In this document: in pieces, positions 38,469-52,200 of the stretch
Layout: each line of letters starts with the position of its first letter
Position numbering within the stretch: the stretch's first letter is position 1
Assembly (NCBI GenBank): GCA_046563655.1
Contig: CM102284.1
Coordinates: 5,146,001 to 5,210,000 of the forward strand
Length of the DNA: 64,000 bases
Direction of reading: 5' to 3'
Source of the DNA: Yuukianura sp. NJ FZ-2021
Taxonomy: Eukaryota
Translations under genes and position numbers: made by a program
Notes under the pieces: generated by a model
The model's input: the letters and a program-made list of their open reading frames with translations, nothing else
Databases searched by the model: none
What the model was told of the DNA's origin: nothing

Positions 38469-40741
38469 ATGACGCAGGTATGTTAGAAATTCCAAGTCGA
38501 AAAGTATTAATTTGTTTTTGATTTGATTGAATTTGATTTCGTGTCTTGATTTGATTGATGAGATGGGACCGATGGGAGTGGTTCACATTATGCATTAATC
38601 AATTAGCCAATTACTTAGAGAGGTCAGATTCCGTGAAGTCTGTGGGACGAACACGAAGAGACTAACCGGATTTTGGCATCGAAGGAATGAGAATGAATGG
38701 AAAAATACTGTAATGATAATGAAATACGCTAATTGTGCATTTTTTGTTTCTTGTAGGATTTAAGCTCAATTCCCATTGACATCACTGCAAATAAGCTGCT
38801 GGATTGGCTAATTAGTCGACGACATTGTAATAAAGATTGGCCCGAAAAGATTGCCGTGGTGCGACAGAAAATCAATGATGCTTTGCAAGATATGCCACAA
38901 AATGAAACGTTGGCCAAGATTCTGCTCGAGGCGTCGCGTAAGCTACTGCTGTAATTAGGAAGTTGAGTTCTATAACGGAGTGGAATGCTTACTTTCTTTT
39001 CAATTGCAGCCATGAATTACTACCACTGTGTCAAGATTGTGGACGTGTTGAAAGAAACGGAAGCAGATTCTAAGAATATATTTGGGATGTACGGTTCCAG
39101 GAGGATGAAGGACTGGCAGGAAATTATCAAATTGTACCAAAAGGACAATCTAAACTTGGCAGAAGGTGCAAGTATTCTTGGAAGGACTGTCACTTACGAA
39201 ATTCCAGCGTTGAAACGGCTAAGTACCAAACTGGAACAAAGGCAAACCGAGTGTACTAAACAAGAAGCCGTTTCCAAGAAGCAAGCTCACGATTACCGAG
39301 AAAAGTTCCTTCACAGTTGCCACCAATTGGGACTCAAGTTCGAAAATTTTGATCCAAAAGACAGCAATAGCAGTTTTTCACCAACTGAAAATGCTATTGG
39401 ACGTCAACTGGTTGCTCAAATGAGTCAAAAACTTCCAGAAATTTTTGACAATATCTCTAAAAAGGCCAAGCTTGTTCAGCCGGCAGTTATCTTCTATCGG
39501 AAGTTTCTGAAAGCCACAGCTGGACTTACCGATGAACAATTGACCAATTGTTGTCCGCTTATCAACATCGTGATTGGTAACAATTTTGGAAGTCTTTTCA
39601 TCACTTTCCAGTAAACAGTGACCAATATTTGTTTGTACTATTTCAGAAAAAGGAAACGTAACCACATACGAATGGAAGCACGGCGAACCGCCTTTAAAAA
39701 TCGAAGTTCCAGAAATGGATTACTCGTTTGCAGATGAAGAGAAACTCGACGGAGAGTTGAACCTGGACTTGGAGGTGGACGCAATCGATTTCGGCGACAT
39801 TACTGAAGTTGATGGTGGAAACGATGCCCAACTGGAGACCGGTGAGATAATTTTTTAAACAAAAACTTTACACTCATGAAGAAGAGCAAAGATACAAACA
39901 AATCGCATTTCGTCCGATTCTATTCCAGGAGAGATTGATTGGGGAAATTTAGCAGTGGATTCTGACGCTGCGGGTGAAATTGACTTTTCACTGGATGATG
40001 CAGCTGAAGTCGATGTTTCTGGAATTGTTTTGGAAGATGCTGGAGTTGATGGTGGAGTCGCTCGTAACGATGAAGCTTTGACAATTCTTGAGAATGCTGA
40101 AACAAGGAATCAACTTCTGGATGACCTTTTTGAGGCAAGGAAATCATATACAACATTATCAATTCACCAATTGAAAAAACTGTGCAATTAAATGTTCACG
40201 ATTATTTTATCGATTTTAGTTGCAAGGATTTTTGAGCCAAAGATTGGACGAAACCAAAAATGAAAAGAACAATGACATGATGTTCTCCGACGACGACGAT
40301 TCCATACGCGTCGACAATTTAGAAGACTTGGTGACCCAGGTCAACCAAGTTCTGTCCATTTTCAATGAAATGACCACCAAGCAGTATCTTCTAATTCGAG
40401 AATCCAAGAGGTACACCAAAACGTCTAAAGTTCAAAGCATACAAGCTTATAGAATCTAAGTCTTTCAAAAGATTTGATCTTGACATTCGCGTTTTCCTAA
40501 TATTTTCAGATACATCACACGTTTGGCGGAATCTCTGCTCCAGAATTTGAAACTCGCCAAGAAATTGGACTATGTCGCCGAGGATTGTGCAATGAAACAA
40601 GTTCAGCAAGCTGATGAGATTAAGCAGATCAGTCCAAAAGTCCATCTCCTCACGAAACAATGCAGAGAGCTCCAATCCGAATTGGCCAAAGAGATATCCA
40701 AGAAATACGACAATCGAAAAGTTTTTATCACTGGGCTGTGA
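38469..40741 (+). CDS. CDK5RAP3: CDK5 regulatory subunit-associated protein 3 (C53/LZAP; UFMylation and ER-phagy adaptor)
   Basis: Micro first exon ATG ACG CAG (38469-38477). Then IPIDITANKLLDWLISRRHC, NYYHCVKIVDVLKETEADSKNIFGMYGSRRMKDWQEI, YEIPALKR, KGNVTTYEW, acidic IDFG/IDWG/IDFS motifs, and ISKKYDNRKVFITGL*. Confidence 0.95.
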
Positions 40742-40998
40742 GGTGAACTCAAACATGGAATTACACTTCAAAAGGTGAACTTTTACAAGTAAATATTTGC
40801 AAGTATCAGTGTATAGTTCAGCAATTTCCAATTTTAATCACTTTAAACTTGTGACATTTAATTTTCTATTGAATCCAGGTACACTGATTGTAAAAGAATT
40901 TTGTATTTCTCATAAATTCGACCCCTCCATGTTATATTTTTCTTACATCTCGGACATTGTTGACTCATCAGATGACCAAACCCCTCTATAGAGATTCG

Positions 40999-41308
40999 GG
41001 TTGAAGTAAACTTTGAGGGCCTCCGTTGTACCCCCCAAATTGCATTGTATTGTACCCCCACATTATAATCCGTGGCGGCAATTTCAAAAAAGCAACAAAT
41101 CGCCCCCTCTATTGTTGGTTAGGTTAGGTTAGGTTAACCTAACCTAACTAAGGACGGGGGGTACAGTTCATAAATCTATGCGCAACTGAACAAATCAACA
41201 GTAGAGGGGGCGATTTGTTGTTTTTTTGAATTTGCGGATTATAATGTGGGGGTACAATACAATGGAATTTGGGGGGTACAACGGAGGACCTCAAAGTTTA
41301 CTTCGACC
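40999..41308. mobile_element. 310-bp fold-back MITE with GG...CC termini and 8-bp TSD (Merlin- or MULE-like)
   Basis: Inverted arms of ~110-120 bp, GGTTGAAGTAAACTTTGAGG... and ...CCTCAAAGTTTACTTCGACC. Perfect direct repeat GAGATTCG at 40991-40998 and 41309-41316. Confidence 0.9.
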
Positions 41309-41449
41309 GAGATTCGAGTTAATCAACAAATAGAATCCCTTCAGTAATCGCTAATTTGTGATTTGATTAATCAACACCAAAGTTAATTGATTCCAAAACC
41401 TAAAAACTTTCAAGAATTAACTATGATTTGTGTAAAAGCTCTTGTCTTT

Positions 41450-44400
41450 TTAGAAACTATTCGTCTCATCTCTGGGTGACATGCTTTTTCTTTGTCGTTT
41501 TGGAATTGGACTGGCCCCGTTCCGTTGCAATTTCACGCCAGGATTTCCGTATGTCTTTGATATATCAAATTTTTCACCTTTGACTAAATGCATAACTTCG
41601 TCAGTTCCTGATTTGTAGCTGAGGTCATTGGGGTCATCCGTTGAGACTCCTGTTACTCCTTGATTGTCTCTCCAACACTGATATCCTGACAGTGAAGATG
41701 AGGAAGGAGATTGACGAGAGTCTAAATGTCTTTTTCTGGCAGGTCGCGTGAGGTCATTTGGCTGGAGGTTTTGGGCATAGATTTGTCTACTGTGAAGGTC
41801 ATAAGGCAGAAATAACAGTGGCGAGGACTTATCGGAGGAACTTGGATCTCGACCATTTAGGGCTGGAAATGACTCTCTGTCGGATTCAGAAGTATCTCCA
41901 GCATCGCTTGGGCAGTGTCGCTGGAATCGCTGATTTCCGAATACTGGAGGGACTGAATTCGGTGAAATCCGTAACGACTCGGTGACTGGAGGCGGAGCGT
42001 AGGATAATTTGGACAAATTGAGAGCTTCAAATGAGCTTCCGCGCTGAACTGTAGTGAGATCAGGTAATTTGACGGGTGCTGGATGAGACTGTCCGCGTAA
42101 CGCAGAACTTCCAGCGTCTTTCATTTGAAAACAAACGGAAATGGTGATAGGATGAAGTGGTGGATTGGGTGTACCGGAATCCAATGGCTGGCTATAGGGT
42201 GACACAAATTCACGGTCAAGAGTCAACGGAACATAGAATAATCCGGATTCATGCAGCGCAAACGCTGGAACGCCTCGTCGTGGCTCTACATTCCATTCCT
42301 GATGGTGAGTTTTTCGAAATTTTGTGTCCATTTCGTGTTTATCGCGATGTCCAGGAAGTGACGCTTGACCTTTGCCATTGACAATTCCTTTGTCAATTTG
42401 TGAGAAATCGTTAGTAATGGACAGCCATTTTTGACCTTGAATTTGAGCCAATCTGGACAAATCTGGTTTTTGGTCGTCAATTGGCGACGCGCCTCTGCAG
42501 CCTTCTGGATCGTCGTCCATGTGAAGCTCTTCAGATGGACTTTCTTCATCTTGTGTAGCTTTTGGCGGTGAAAAATGAGTTGGACATCGCTGATGCTTGT
42601 GTCGTACTGCTGTTTCGGGTGCCGTTTCCAAATCGGCTGTAAATCGCTGTTTTATGGTGCTTTTGAACTTGTAGCGATTACTTGAGGCTGATACAGAGCG
42701 TTCATCAGAACTTCGGCCGTTTGAGTAACTCAGCATCGCTGGACTGCCGCTACAAAATAAATTCAAACCAAATTAGGGCAGATCCTCTAAATAGTTCAGT
42801 TTGGTGGAAGCTTGTGTTTCAATTAACCTGGAAGAATGACCTCCAATGACCGTCGGAACTGGCGGTTTGACATTTGACCCTGTGTGGGTCTTGCCATCAC
42901 ATGAAACAGCATCGGACATGTCCAAAGAAAGCGGAGTTGATGAGCAACTGTTGTTGTCTCCCTCAAACTCATCTCGGCTTGAAAAGTGACAATGACTTTC
43001 TCCCGGAATGTCATGCAGATCCGACCGCCGTCTGCTCCCAACATGACCTCCAATCACCGGCATTTTGTACAAAACATCTTCATTCTCTGGAATTTTCAAA
43101 AACACTCCGTAAAGTAACTTTGTTCTAAATCTAAACTTTTGTAGAACAAAATCCCATTCAATCTCACCTCTGCCGTCATTGTTCTTTTTGGAATTGTGTG
43201 AATCACTTTCTCCATCTGAGCAACCGTCTTCCTGAGAAATTGGAATTGGATCTCTACTGTAGGCACGTGCCACCTTGTCATTCTAAAAGTAAGATTAAAA
43301 TTTAACATGCGTAGACTTTCGTCACTTTCTCACTTTCCATTTGACCTTGGCCGAAGTCTTACCACTAATAATGCAGTTCTGTTCAAATGCTCCACAAGCT
43401 GAAGATAAAAGGTGTCTCCAGGAAGCGTCCCTTTGCGCTGGAGGAGAAAGTGCATCGTCTCCTGGAGGCTGCAAAACGAAAAAAAAAGTCCAATTACTAC
43501 AATACATAGTGCACACAATTAGCACAAAAAACGGTATGGCAGTTTCTCAGCACGGGGAAAAACTTTCTTCAACAAAAATACGACTGGGGACGCGGTGGGT
43601 GAATACAGAAGTTGTATTTGTATGAAATCGCTTGGAATGGTCTATAGCATCACAAAATGTGAAAGTATTTAGCAAACTAATTTGAAAAATCAATACAACA
43701 TTACCATTCTTGATATCCGAGTTTGTATTGTTCCAGTTCGTCTGATTTGTTTGAAAGGTGTCGTGGCGCTTGACCTTCGGCCTCTCCTGGAACTGATGAT
43801 GGCTGAGGGGATGATGATGACGCAGGTTGGTGAAGTGGGGTGTAGCTATCCAGTGGTCTAGCCAATGGCCTAAATTCACAGTTCTCTGAAAATTGACAAA
43901 AGGAATGATGACACATGACATGTGAACGAGAGCCATTGATTCTCAAAATAACTTTGTTTTTGGAAAAAGTACTTTTTAGAAATTAGGTAGCATACCTCCA
44001 AGTGGACATGGATGATGCTGGAGGTGTTTGAGATGCTTAATTGCCAATTCCACTATTTCTGTTTTCTCTATTCTCCCACGACCTTTACGGAGAGATGCTT
44101 GTGGAAGGAGGCGGGCAAGGTCAGCGAGACAATTATTCATCCGATCTCTCCGCCTCTTTTCAATGATCCGGTGCGAGAGTGGATCCTAAAAACATAAGGA
44201 AAAGTTGAATTTGAAAAAATAAACTTTCTCTCGTTTTCAAAATGTCATGCATTGTGTACTTACTCTAGCAGACTTCTTCTTGTGGAACCCATACTCGTTG
44301 TCCTCGACAGTAACAGTAGCGAAATTCAAATTCCTGAAAAACAGAAAGACGAATCGGTTTTTTAAAATCCTGTAATTTAAAAAAAATGAAAAAAGTTAAT

Positions 44401-47400
44401 TTTAGCTCGCATGAATTTTGGATAGGAACGAACAGCGTCAAGCAGTTTTTGACAACTTTCTCTTTCTCCGAAACTTTCGAATTGTTCAACTTTCGTAAAA
44501 ACAAATTTAATATTCCACGTAGAAAGCCACCGCATTTGCTCACCTCAACTCCTACACATTTGTCAAGGTCTTTCGAACAACCCACATTTTTAGCTTTCTC
44601 CGAACAAAGTTTAAAAAGGTCAAAGGTTGAATTCGGAAAAACTCAAAATGCAGCAGCACAGTTTTAGCATTCTGCAAAACAAAAAAAAAAGCAAAGTCGA
44701 CTAACTTTCTCCACATACTCTGATTTTAGCTTACGTTTTTAAAACTTATTTCAAAAAAGTGCATTTCTTAAAACAAAAGAATTTAAAAGAGGCAACAGCA
44801 TTCTGTCAGAGATCGACATAATTTATCGCACGATCATTTTTCGTTTTCCGAAGGTCAACTTTTGAGTGTGACTAAAGTCATTACGCAGTCGCAGTCCATT
44901 ACTAACTTCCTAGCACGTTTTCCTTTTAGTACGTTCTCACGCGTGCTGACGACTGCTAATGACAGGGAATGAATCAGACAAAGTTAATCAGCAAGTTAGG
45001 ACCAAAATTCAATTGAAAAGTGCACCACCGCTGTGACAATGCTGCATTAGCTTTCATCAGCGTGGCTGAGCAACTTTTTGTGTCTGGGTGCTTATGACGC
45101 TCGTCATCAGTTACTGATGATACAAAATGGGTGGGGCATGGTGGGACTTTTAGCATTGAATAACAGGGCAAAGGAAGCTTTTAACTGCAAAAGCACTATA
45201 ACATTAGCCACGTAACCATAACGCATAAGCTAATAACAAGGGGGAAGTTTAGCAAAGAGTTAGACTAGGAAAAGCACAATTTTTTTGTGCAAAATCTAAG
45301 CAGTTACCACAGGACTTGGTCATTAGCTATAAGCACGGTCGGGAGTCGTGCGGAGTTTTTGTACAGAAAATGATCAGTTCAAGTACTAATGACATAATCC
45401 AGTGCCACACGTGTGGTACCATCAGCAAAGTCTTTAGTACTATTAGGAGTGAGTACTCTATACTTCAATTCCATGCTATTTCTGAACGATAACTGATGCA
45501 CCAGTGTTATGGACGCTTAGAACCCAATCGAACCTAGGAAGTGTGCAAAGTGCACAGTCTATAAGTGCATTGTCCATAAGTCACTGGACGTAAGAATGCT
45601 GGTCGGTGAGTTACCGTACATAAGTGTCTGGTTATGACTGTACTACCTCGACCAGATTAAATTGGTACTCCCCTGTCGTTACTTTTTACACAGCACACAA
45701 CCACAAAAAGTTACACAAAAATACAGTAATGCCGTGACCGGACGCGTGAACTTTAGCGAGAGCTTTAAAAAGCACTTAACTTTCCTTAGGTAAAAACTTC
45801 TGAAGTTATTTGATAACTTTTTCAAAAAAGGAGACACGAGAAATTTTACGCAGAAAACGACACCAATTTTGGTGAAAAGCTTTCTTATAACTACTTATGT
45901 AGTTATGTATGTAACCAAAACTTAACTTTTACAGATCAAAATTTTGAAAATGGAGAAATATTTTCTCCCACTTTGTAGAAAAAAAAACACTAGCATTAAG
46001 TGTCAAAGCATGTTATGGGTGTAAGCTTGTTGCGTCAATTTCTGAGAAAAAAATGTTTCAGCGTGATTTTGAAATTGAAACGCCCGGACTTTCTCCAGTG
46101 CGGGCAATTAAAATAAGTTTTAAATTGTTCGGGTCTAAACTTTCCTTGCGGATACTTTCTCTAAATCTGAATTTTTTTTATCAAATTTCACCTACAGTGC
46201 TTTTGGGTTTAAGTTTTTCTAGAAAAACAGTTCCAGGAATGGACTATAAGTAAAGGAGCAACCTGCGAGTACAACCGGTTTTCGGTGTGCCAAAAACTAG
46301 GAAAAAGCGGACACAAAAGCCCATGCACTTGAAAACGTGACTGTAGTGAAAAGAGGTCGTGTTTCGGCACATGAGTCTAAATAAAGTATTAAGGCCAAAC
46401 CACGAGCAGCGTCTGCTGTATCCATTCCTATGGCTTCTGGGCAAAATGCTAGTGGCGATGAATGTTCGTTCTCGTGCAAATGTGTAACTGCGAAGTGGAA
46501 TTACAATTTAAAAACGTTCCAAATGTCGAATGTTTGAACAAAAAGAAGAGAAAAAAGTAAGATGAAACTGAAACCCAAACCAGTTGCAGTAAAAAACTTA
46601 AAAAATCAAATGAAAAAAGAAAAAAAAACGAAGAAGGAAAAAACATAAGAGGAGAAAAAAGTGAAAGCACTTTCACCAACTTGTTCAAAAGTGAAAGTTA
46701 TAAGTCCGTAATTCCGAATTTTAAATTTGTGAATGGCGTTTAAGCATATCAATAACTTCGAAACATTTTTCAAAATTTTTGTTCATATCCAATCCTCTGG
46801 TGGGAGTGAATTCTTATTTTGTTTTCATTTTTAAAATGTCGAGGTCATTCGAGTATCGATTCTAGCTATTGTTGCCATTTTCTTTCTCCAGCCGCCTCCG
46901 CACCTTCTTCCAAGCCGATTAGCTCTGGCTTTCCAAAATGACGGACAATTTTGAAAAAGTAGAACAAATCCAAGGTAAAAGTAGGAGTAAAAGTAGTGAG
47001 TAGTCATAGGTAATTGGGTTAGGCCAAAATGAAATGCTGGAAGAAAAGAGCCAAGACTTTCTCCAGCTTAAACTTTAGCTGATACGCTTTAGCCGGTGAA
47101 CTCTGACAAAAGCGGAGGAGGTAAAAAGAGTAGGCGGGCTAAAGTTGTCAGTTCCTCGAGCTAGTCTAAAGTAAACCTCCAACATAACATGATTGCAGAA
47201 ACGTGTAGGACATTGATTTTTTTAGCCGCATTTTGAAAAGTAAAAGCAAATGTACAAAATAGTTCTTATAACGTGAGTTGTGGGTTACTGGTGAATGCTA
47301 TGCTAAGTTTAGGCAGTACGGTGAAAGCAGGAGACTGTGTAGTGAAAGAGGGAGAAAACGTTGGTGTTATTGATTCTTTCGAGACACGCTTTTACTCGGC

Positions 47401-48146
47401 AGAGTCAGGAGCAGCAATACTCAGCAGTCACAAGGAGGGAGGCTAAAAGACAGAGCTTTAGCACGTGTCAGGCCTATATAATCTCACTTCAAGGATTTCG
47501 CACACGTTCTGCAAATAGGGGGCAGGGAAAATGTGTGAAGGGAACACACGAGGACAGGGAGGGGGGAGGGACTGCTTTTAAGTAGAAATATTTGCAAAAA
47601 CAAGGCCAAGTACAGAAAAAAGAGAAAAATAAAACACGAACATTCACACAACTTTTCACCCTTGACCTTTAATTCCACCTTCAAAATTTTGAAACTTTTG
47701 TTTCTCCAACCAAATCCAAACCTTTGGAAATTTTGATGTTGAATGTTTTCCAAATTTTGAAACTTAGGTTTCAAACTTAACGTAAACGTATGCTAAACCC
47801 TCTCCAAATACAAAACTAAGTTTGAATCTGAAATCTTATCTTTTTGACCAAATCTATAAACTTTATGTCAGGAAGAATTCTGAAATGATTCATTTTTTAA
47901 ACTTGAATGAATGAGGATTTTACTGTAATCAAAATCAGTAGTTTTCGATTTCAAAAACAAAAATTTTTAAATAAAAAATCAAAATTTTTTGGATTACCTT
48001 TCATAGTGTAGATGCGAAGTACTGTTAGCAGTATGACTCGGTGATGACTGAGTCATGCCAACTAATGACCCACCACCATTGCCACTAGAGTGAGTCAAAT
48101 GCGGTGATTCTTCCCAAAACGATTCCAGTTTCGTTACGCCTTCCAT
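41450..48146 (-). CDS. cwo: Clockwork orange, bHLH-Orange circadian transcriptional repressor
   Basis: Exon 48146-47998 ([14 protein letters not shown]...HYER) and exon 44333-44264 (NLNFA...KKKSAR). bHLH exon [55 protein letters not shown], Orange domain [13 protein letters not shown]...LVEHL, and C-terminal CWO motifs [18 protein letters not shown]...FYVPL and LHPITISV. Confidence 0.93.
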
Positions 48147-48478
48147 GATTCTAAGTACGGACCTCTTGTCGTCGTCACTTTCACTTTTTCAAAAATTCAA
48201 TTTCAAAAATTATTGTAAATTCCAAAAACTCCCCAAAAAACTTTTTACTTTTGTTCGGTACAGTGTGAACGATGATCACAAATTTAACTTCAGCGGCGTC
48301 CAGGATCAATGCTTTCTCCAATAACTATTTCTAAACTTTGTATTTCTAAAAAGTGAGTCTGTTGCTAAAAATTTGGTGCGATGACAATCTCTTTTCCTCC
48401 ACGTCTTCTGGAAATCCTAAGTTCAAGGATTGTGTCGCATCACTTCCGCTGTCCGCTGCGTTCCTGTTCCAATGTGAG

Positions 48479-48904
48479 ACTGAGACACGAGTCGTCACTC
48501 TGCTCTGGCCTTATACTTCACCAGACTTCTCTTTCAAGTGGGATTTGAGCATTATAATCAAAATAAAGTTTGCTCCTCTTTCTTTCCTACATATCAAATC
48601 CAAATGGTGCTCCGAGGTGGTTGGGGTTTGCATTTTGAAGAGTCAGAGACACGCACAAGCTCCACTAACATGCCTCAGCTCACGTGCAGAAACACACAAA
48701 AGGAGAGTCATTACAGAAATGAATAGTTGCCATCCTCCCAGCTAAAGTTGTAAGCTCCTCCTAAAACCTCGCCCCTGCAATTCCAAATCAACTTTTAATC
48801 AATTAATACAACACTAGAGAACCGAAAGTACAAAAAACCACTTACCACCAACAACATTAGTCGATCCAACAAAAAAGCATGACCAGAACACAAAAGCTCA
48901 CGTG
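48479..48904 (-). promoter_or_regulatory. Putative cwo core promoter with upstream E-boxes
   Basis: Minus-strand Inr TCAGT (48483-48479), TATAA about 30 bp upstream (48515-48511), and CACGTG at 48681-48686 and 48899-48904, both in a GCTCACGTG context. Confidence 0.55.
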
Positions 48905-49208
48905 GGACTAGAATGTGAGCAGAACGAATCTAAAAAGACAAAAAAAAACATTTACGTTTTAGCATAAAATTAAAAAGTGGATCACATATTTTTTAGTTTT
49001 CTTGCAAAACTTACCAAACTTTCACCACAACTTTCGCTCTTGCCTCTTCACATTTTCCAAATGAAATGAAATTTTCACGTTTTCATGTAGTCCTCCTGGA
49101 CTTGCTAAAGATCTTATTCAACTTTTTTTAAATAAATAAAATTTTTGATTTTTCCAAAAATCAATACTAATTATAGCAACGTCAGACTTTGGAGACTTGC
49201 AATGCTCG

Positions 49209-52200
49209 TCACGGACGATCGTCTCCACGGGCTCTCATTCTTTCTACGAATGCCTGTCCTTTAGTTTTTCGATAACTCTCAAACGGATCGTGTAAGTTGA
49301 CACCCACTCCCTTGTACTGATCCACTCGGTCACGTAATTCTCCGCCTTTGATCGGTGCCTCAATTCCTTAAATAATTCAAAAACATCAGCATTCCCATTG
49401 ACTTTGAAATTGTTTGACAGAGACAGCAGAGACATAAGTTCAAAAGCATAACAAAATCCAACAAAAATACTAAAAATTACTTACCCTGCTCGTTTACTCC
49501 TAGCCCACTGCCGCCCCATCCCATTTTCTTCAGGAGTTGATGGCCCTTGTTGCTTTCATCCAAACTTTTCTCCATTCCAAGTCCCATTGTTCTATTTTTG
49601 AAAAAACCACAACATTTTTTAAACAACTGATTCAAATTGGTCACATACAAGTAAAAAAAACGAACCCAAAACTCGGCGGAGTGGGTGAGCGTCGCTGTGG
49701 ACTTCTGGATCTGCTGCGAGACCTGCGCTTACGATCTCTGTCTCTTGAGCGTCTTGGTGATCTGGACCTGGATCGACGTCGATCACGTTTTGGAGAAGGT
49801 GACGGAGACTTGCTAGAGTTCAAAACAAATATTTTTTAAACTAAAATCCTTCAGATGTTGAAAAAGCTTAAAAGCAAACCTCCGGTAACGTCTTCTGGGA
49901 GGAGGCGAGCGACCACTGGGTGACAATTCTCTTCTGATTGGCGTCGGAGATCGACTTTTCTGACGACGCCCTTCACGAATGTCATCTTCCTTTTGTTTTC
50001 TCGCTAAGTTCTTCGTCTTGTAGTATTCGTAAAGCCCTAAGCGCTCCCATCCCTCACTGACAAGAAACATGAACAAAAAAAAATTCAAAAACTCTTGTAA
50101 TTTTTAATTTGTCTTGCTAAATTGCTATGATTGTTTACCTATCCCTTGGATTATCATGACTCGGAGGACCGTAGAACGCTTCGATTGCTTGAATCAAACG
50201 CTCACTCGGAGGACAAGGTGGAGGGAGACGAATCAAAGATGGATCAATGGGACGATAACTATCATCTTCTGGCTAAAAATACAACAAAAAACTTAGCATT
50301 CCATGATTACTAATTAAGTGTACAAAACAATTCAAAAGTTTGCTCTTACTCTGACAAGTGGAACCATAAGACCAGCCGGGAGTTCGAAGTAAGGGAGCCT
50401 CGGAATCTCTGGAACCAGCACTGGAGGAGGCGGATTATTGAAAAGTGGTGGCGGTCGGCTCAAGTCTGGAATTCCAGAATTTGCCGAATCGTTAATCAAT
50501 CCAGTAGGAGTTGCATACCCAGTTGGTAAAAGATGACCTTGGAAATTTTGTTGACCTGGATGCAGCATGCCCATGCCTTGAATCTGCGGATTGACGAGTT
50601 GAGGAGGCTGTTGTCCAGATCTCATCAGTTGCTCCTGTTGCACTCGGAGTTCTTCTTGTTTCTTCCTCATTTCATCCTGTTGACGAAGTTGTTCTTGTTG
50701 AATTCGCTCTTGCTGTAGCCTCATTTCTTCCATTTGGATTTTCTGCTTCTGTTGCTGAATCCGTGCATCCTCAATTTTTTGATCCAGTTGCTTTAACCAA
50801 TAATAAGCTAATATAAAACTTTTACTTTACAAATTGCGAGGTCTAAACCAGTGGCTCTAAAGTCTTCTAACTAAAAAATCCGAAACGCTTACTTTGATAG
50901 ACTGGTTGATGTGATGAACAAAGACGAGGTGCTGATTTTGATAGCCTTCAAAGGTCTTTTGAACAGAAGCTGCAATTTGAGTTACCACAACGGCATATTT
51001 GGCGACTAGCTCATTTTTGTATTCCGACCAAGTTTGAGTAAAATTCTGCAACTTCTCGGCAGCAGTTTTAGTAATGTAATTCGGTTTGGACAACCACAAG
51101 GATAACAATTTGTTAAGTTTGGCTACAGTTTCTTCAGTTTCACCTTCGGTACATTTTGCAAAGCAAAACATTGGAATCACCATGTTCTCAAGGGCAACTT
51201 GCATATCCTCTGCTCCTTTTCGAACACTGGAAAACATTTAAATGAAATACTGAACTCCCGGTTTCGGTTTTTTAATTAACAGAGCTGTTTGGTAAAAAGT
51301 GAAATACCAGTGATGGAGAGTGTCATTGACCAAGTAGATGATATGAAGGCGTTGAAGAAATGTCGTAGCAGGATCTGTTACTCTGAAAAATTATTGTAAA
51401 AATTGAAAATTAACCTGAACGAAGAACATTTTGTCTTGCAAAAAATACCTCCTGAGTAAGTACAAGCTGATGAGCTCGTAATGCCTTTTGGTTGATGAAT
51501 TGAGAAAAATCCAAGCCTTTCCATTGGCAATCGACTCCTTTGTACAACTATCCATGACACTTTGAAGTAAAGTGGAAAATTCAACAATATCGACATTCAG
51601 TTCAGCAGCGAGGTCTTTAATTTCTGTATCTTGAACTTTTCTTAGAGCTTCCTCAACTTGTGACTGCTGCTGCGTGAGCAATACCTACAAAACGGAAGTT
51701 ATTTTCACAAAAGAACTTACAAAAGAACCAAATAATTTTTTTACATTACTTTTTTTCTGCATACCTGTTGTTGTCCAGCTAGATTTTTTTCACTTTGTTG
51801 AATCTGTTCCTCCATGGCTTTCCGCTGTGCGAGTAATGCGTCGATGTTTATCGGAGGAGAAAGTGGAACTTGAACTTGAGGTTGCTGCGGAATTTGAAGT
51901 TTTTGTGGATCGAAATTAGGATTGACGTATACCGATGTATTCCGTTCAAGTCCTCCAGGTCCAGGTCCTGGTGCCCGTTCGAAGTCCCCACCCATAGGCC
52001 TGTCAAATCTCGAAGGGCTGCCAGGGAGATTCTCAAACTGTGGTCTCATTCTAGGCGGCCCTTGTCCCATCATAGGCTGAAAATCTGGACGCGGTGGTCC
52101 ATCAAATCTTAATCCTGGACGAGGACTGGGAAAACGTTCGAAATTAGTTGGTTGATTTCGATCAAATCCTTGCATATGAGCATTCTGTCCTTGTCCACCG

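Noticed and set aside
41117-41148. Chromosomal telomere-fusion site
   Set aside because: There are only a few TTAGG units, and they lie inside a TSD-flanked MITE between two ordinary genes.
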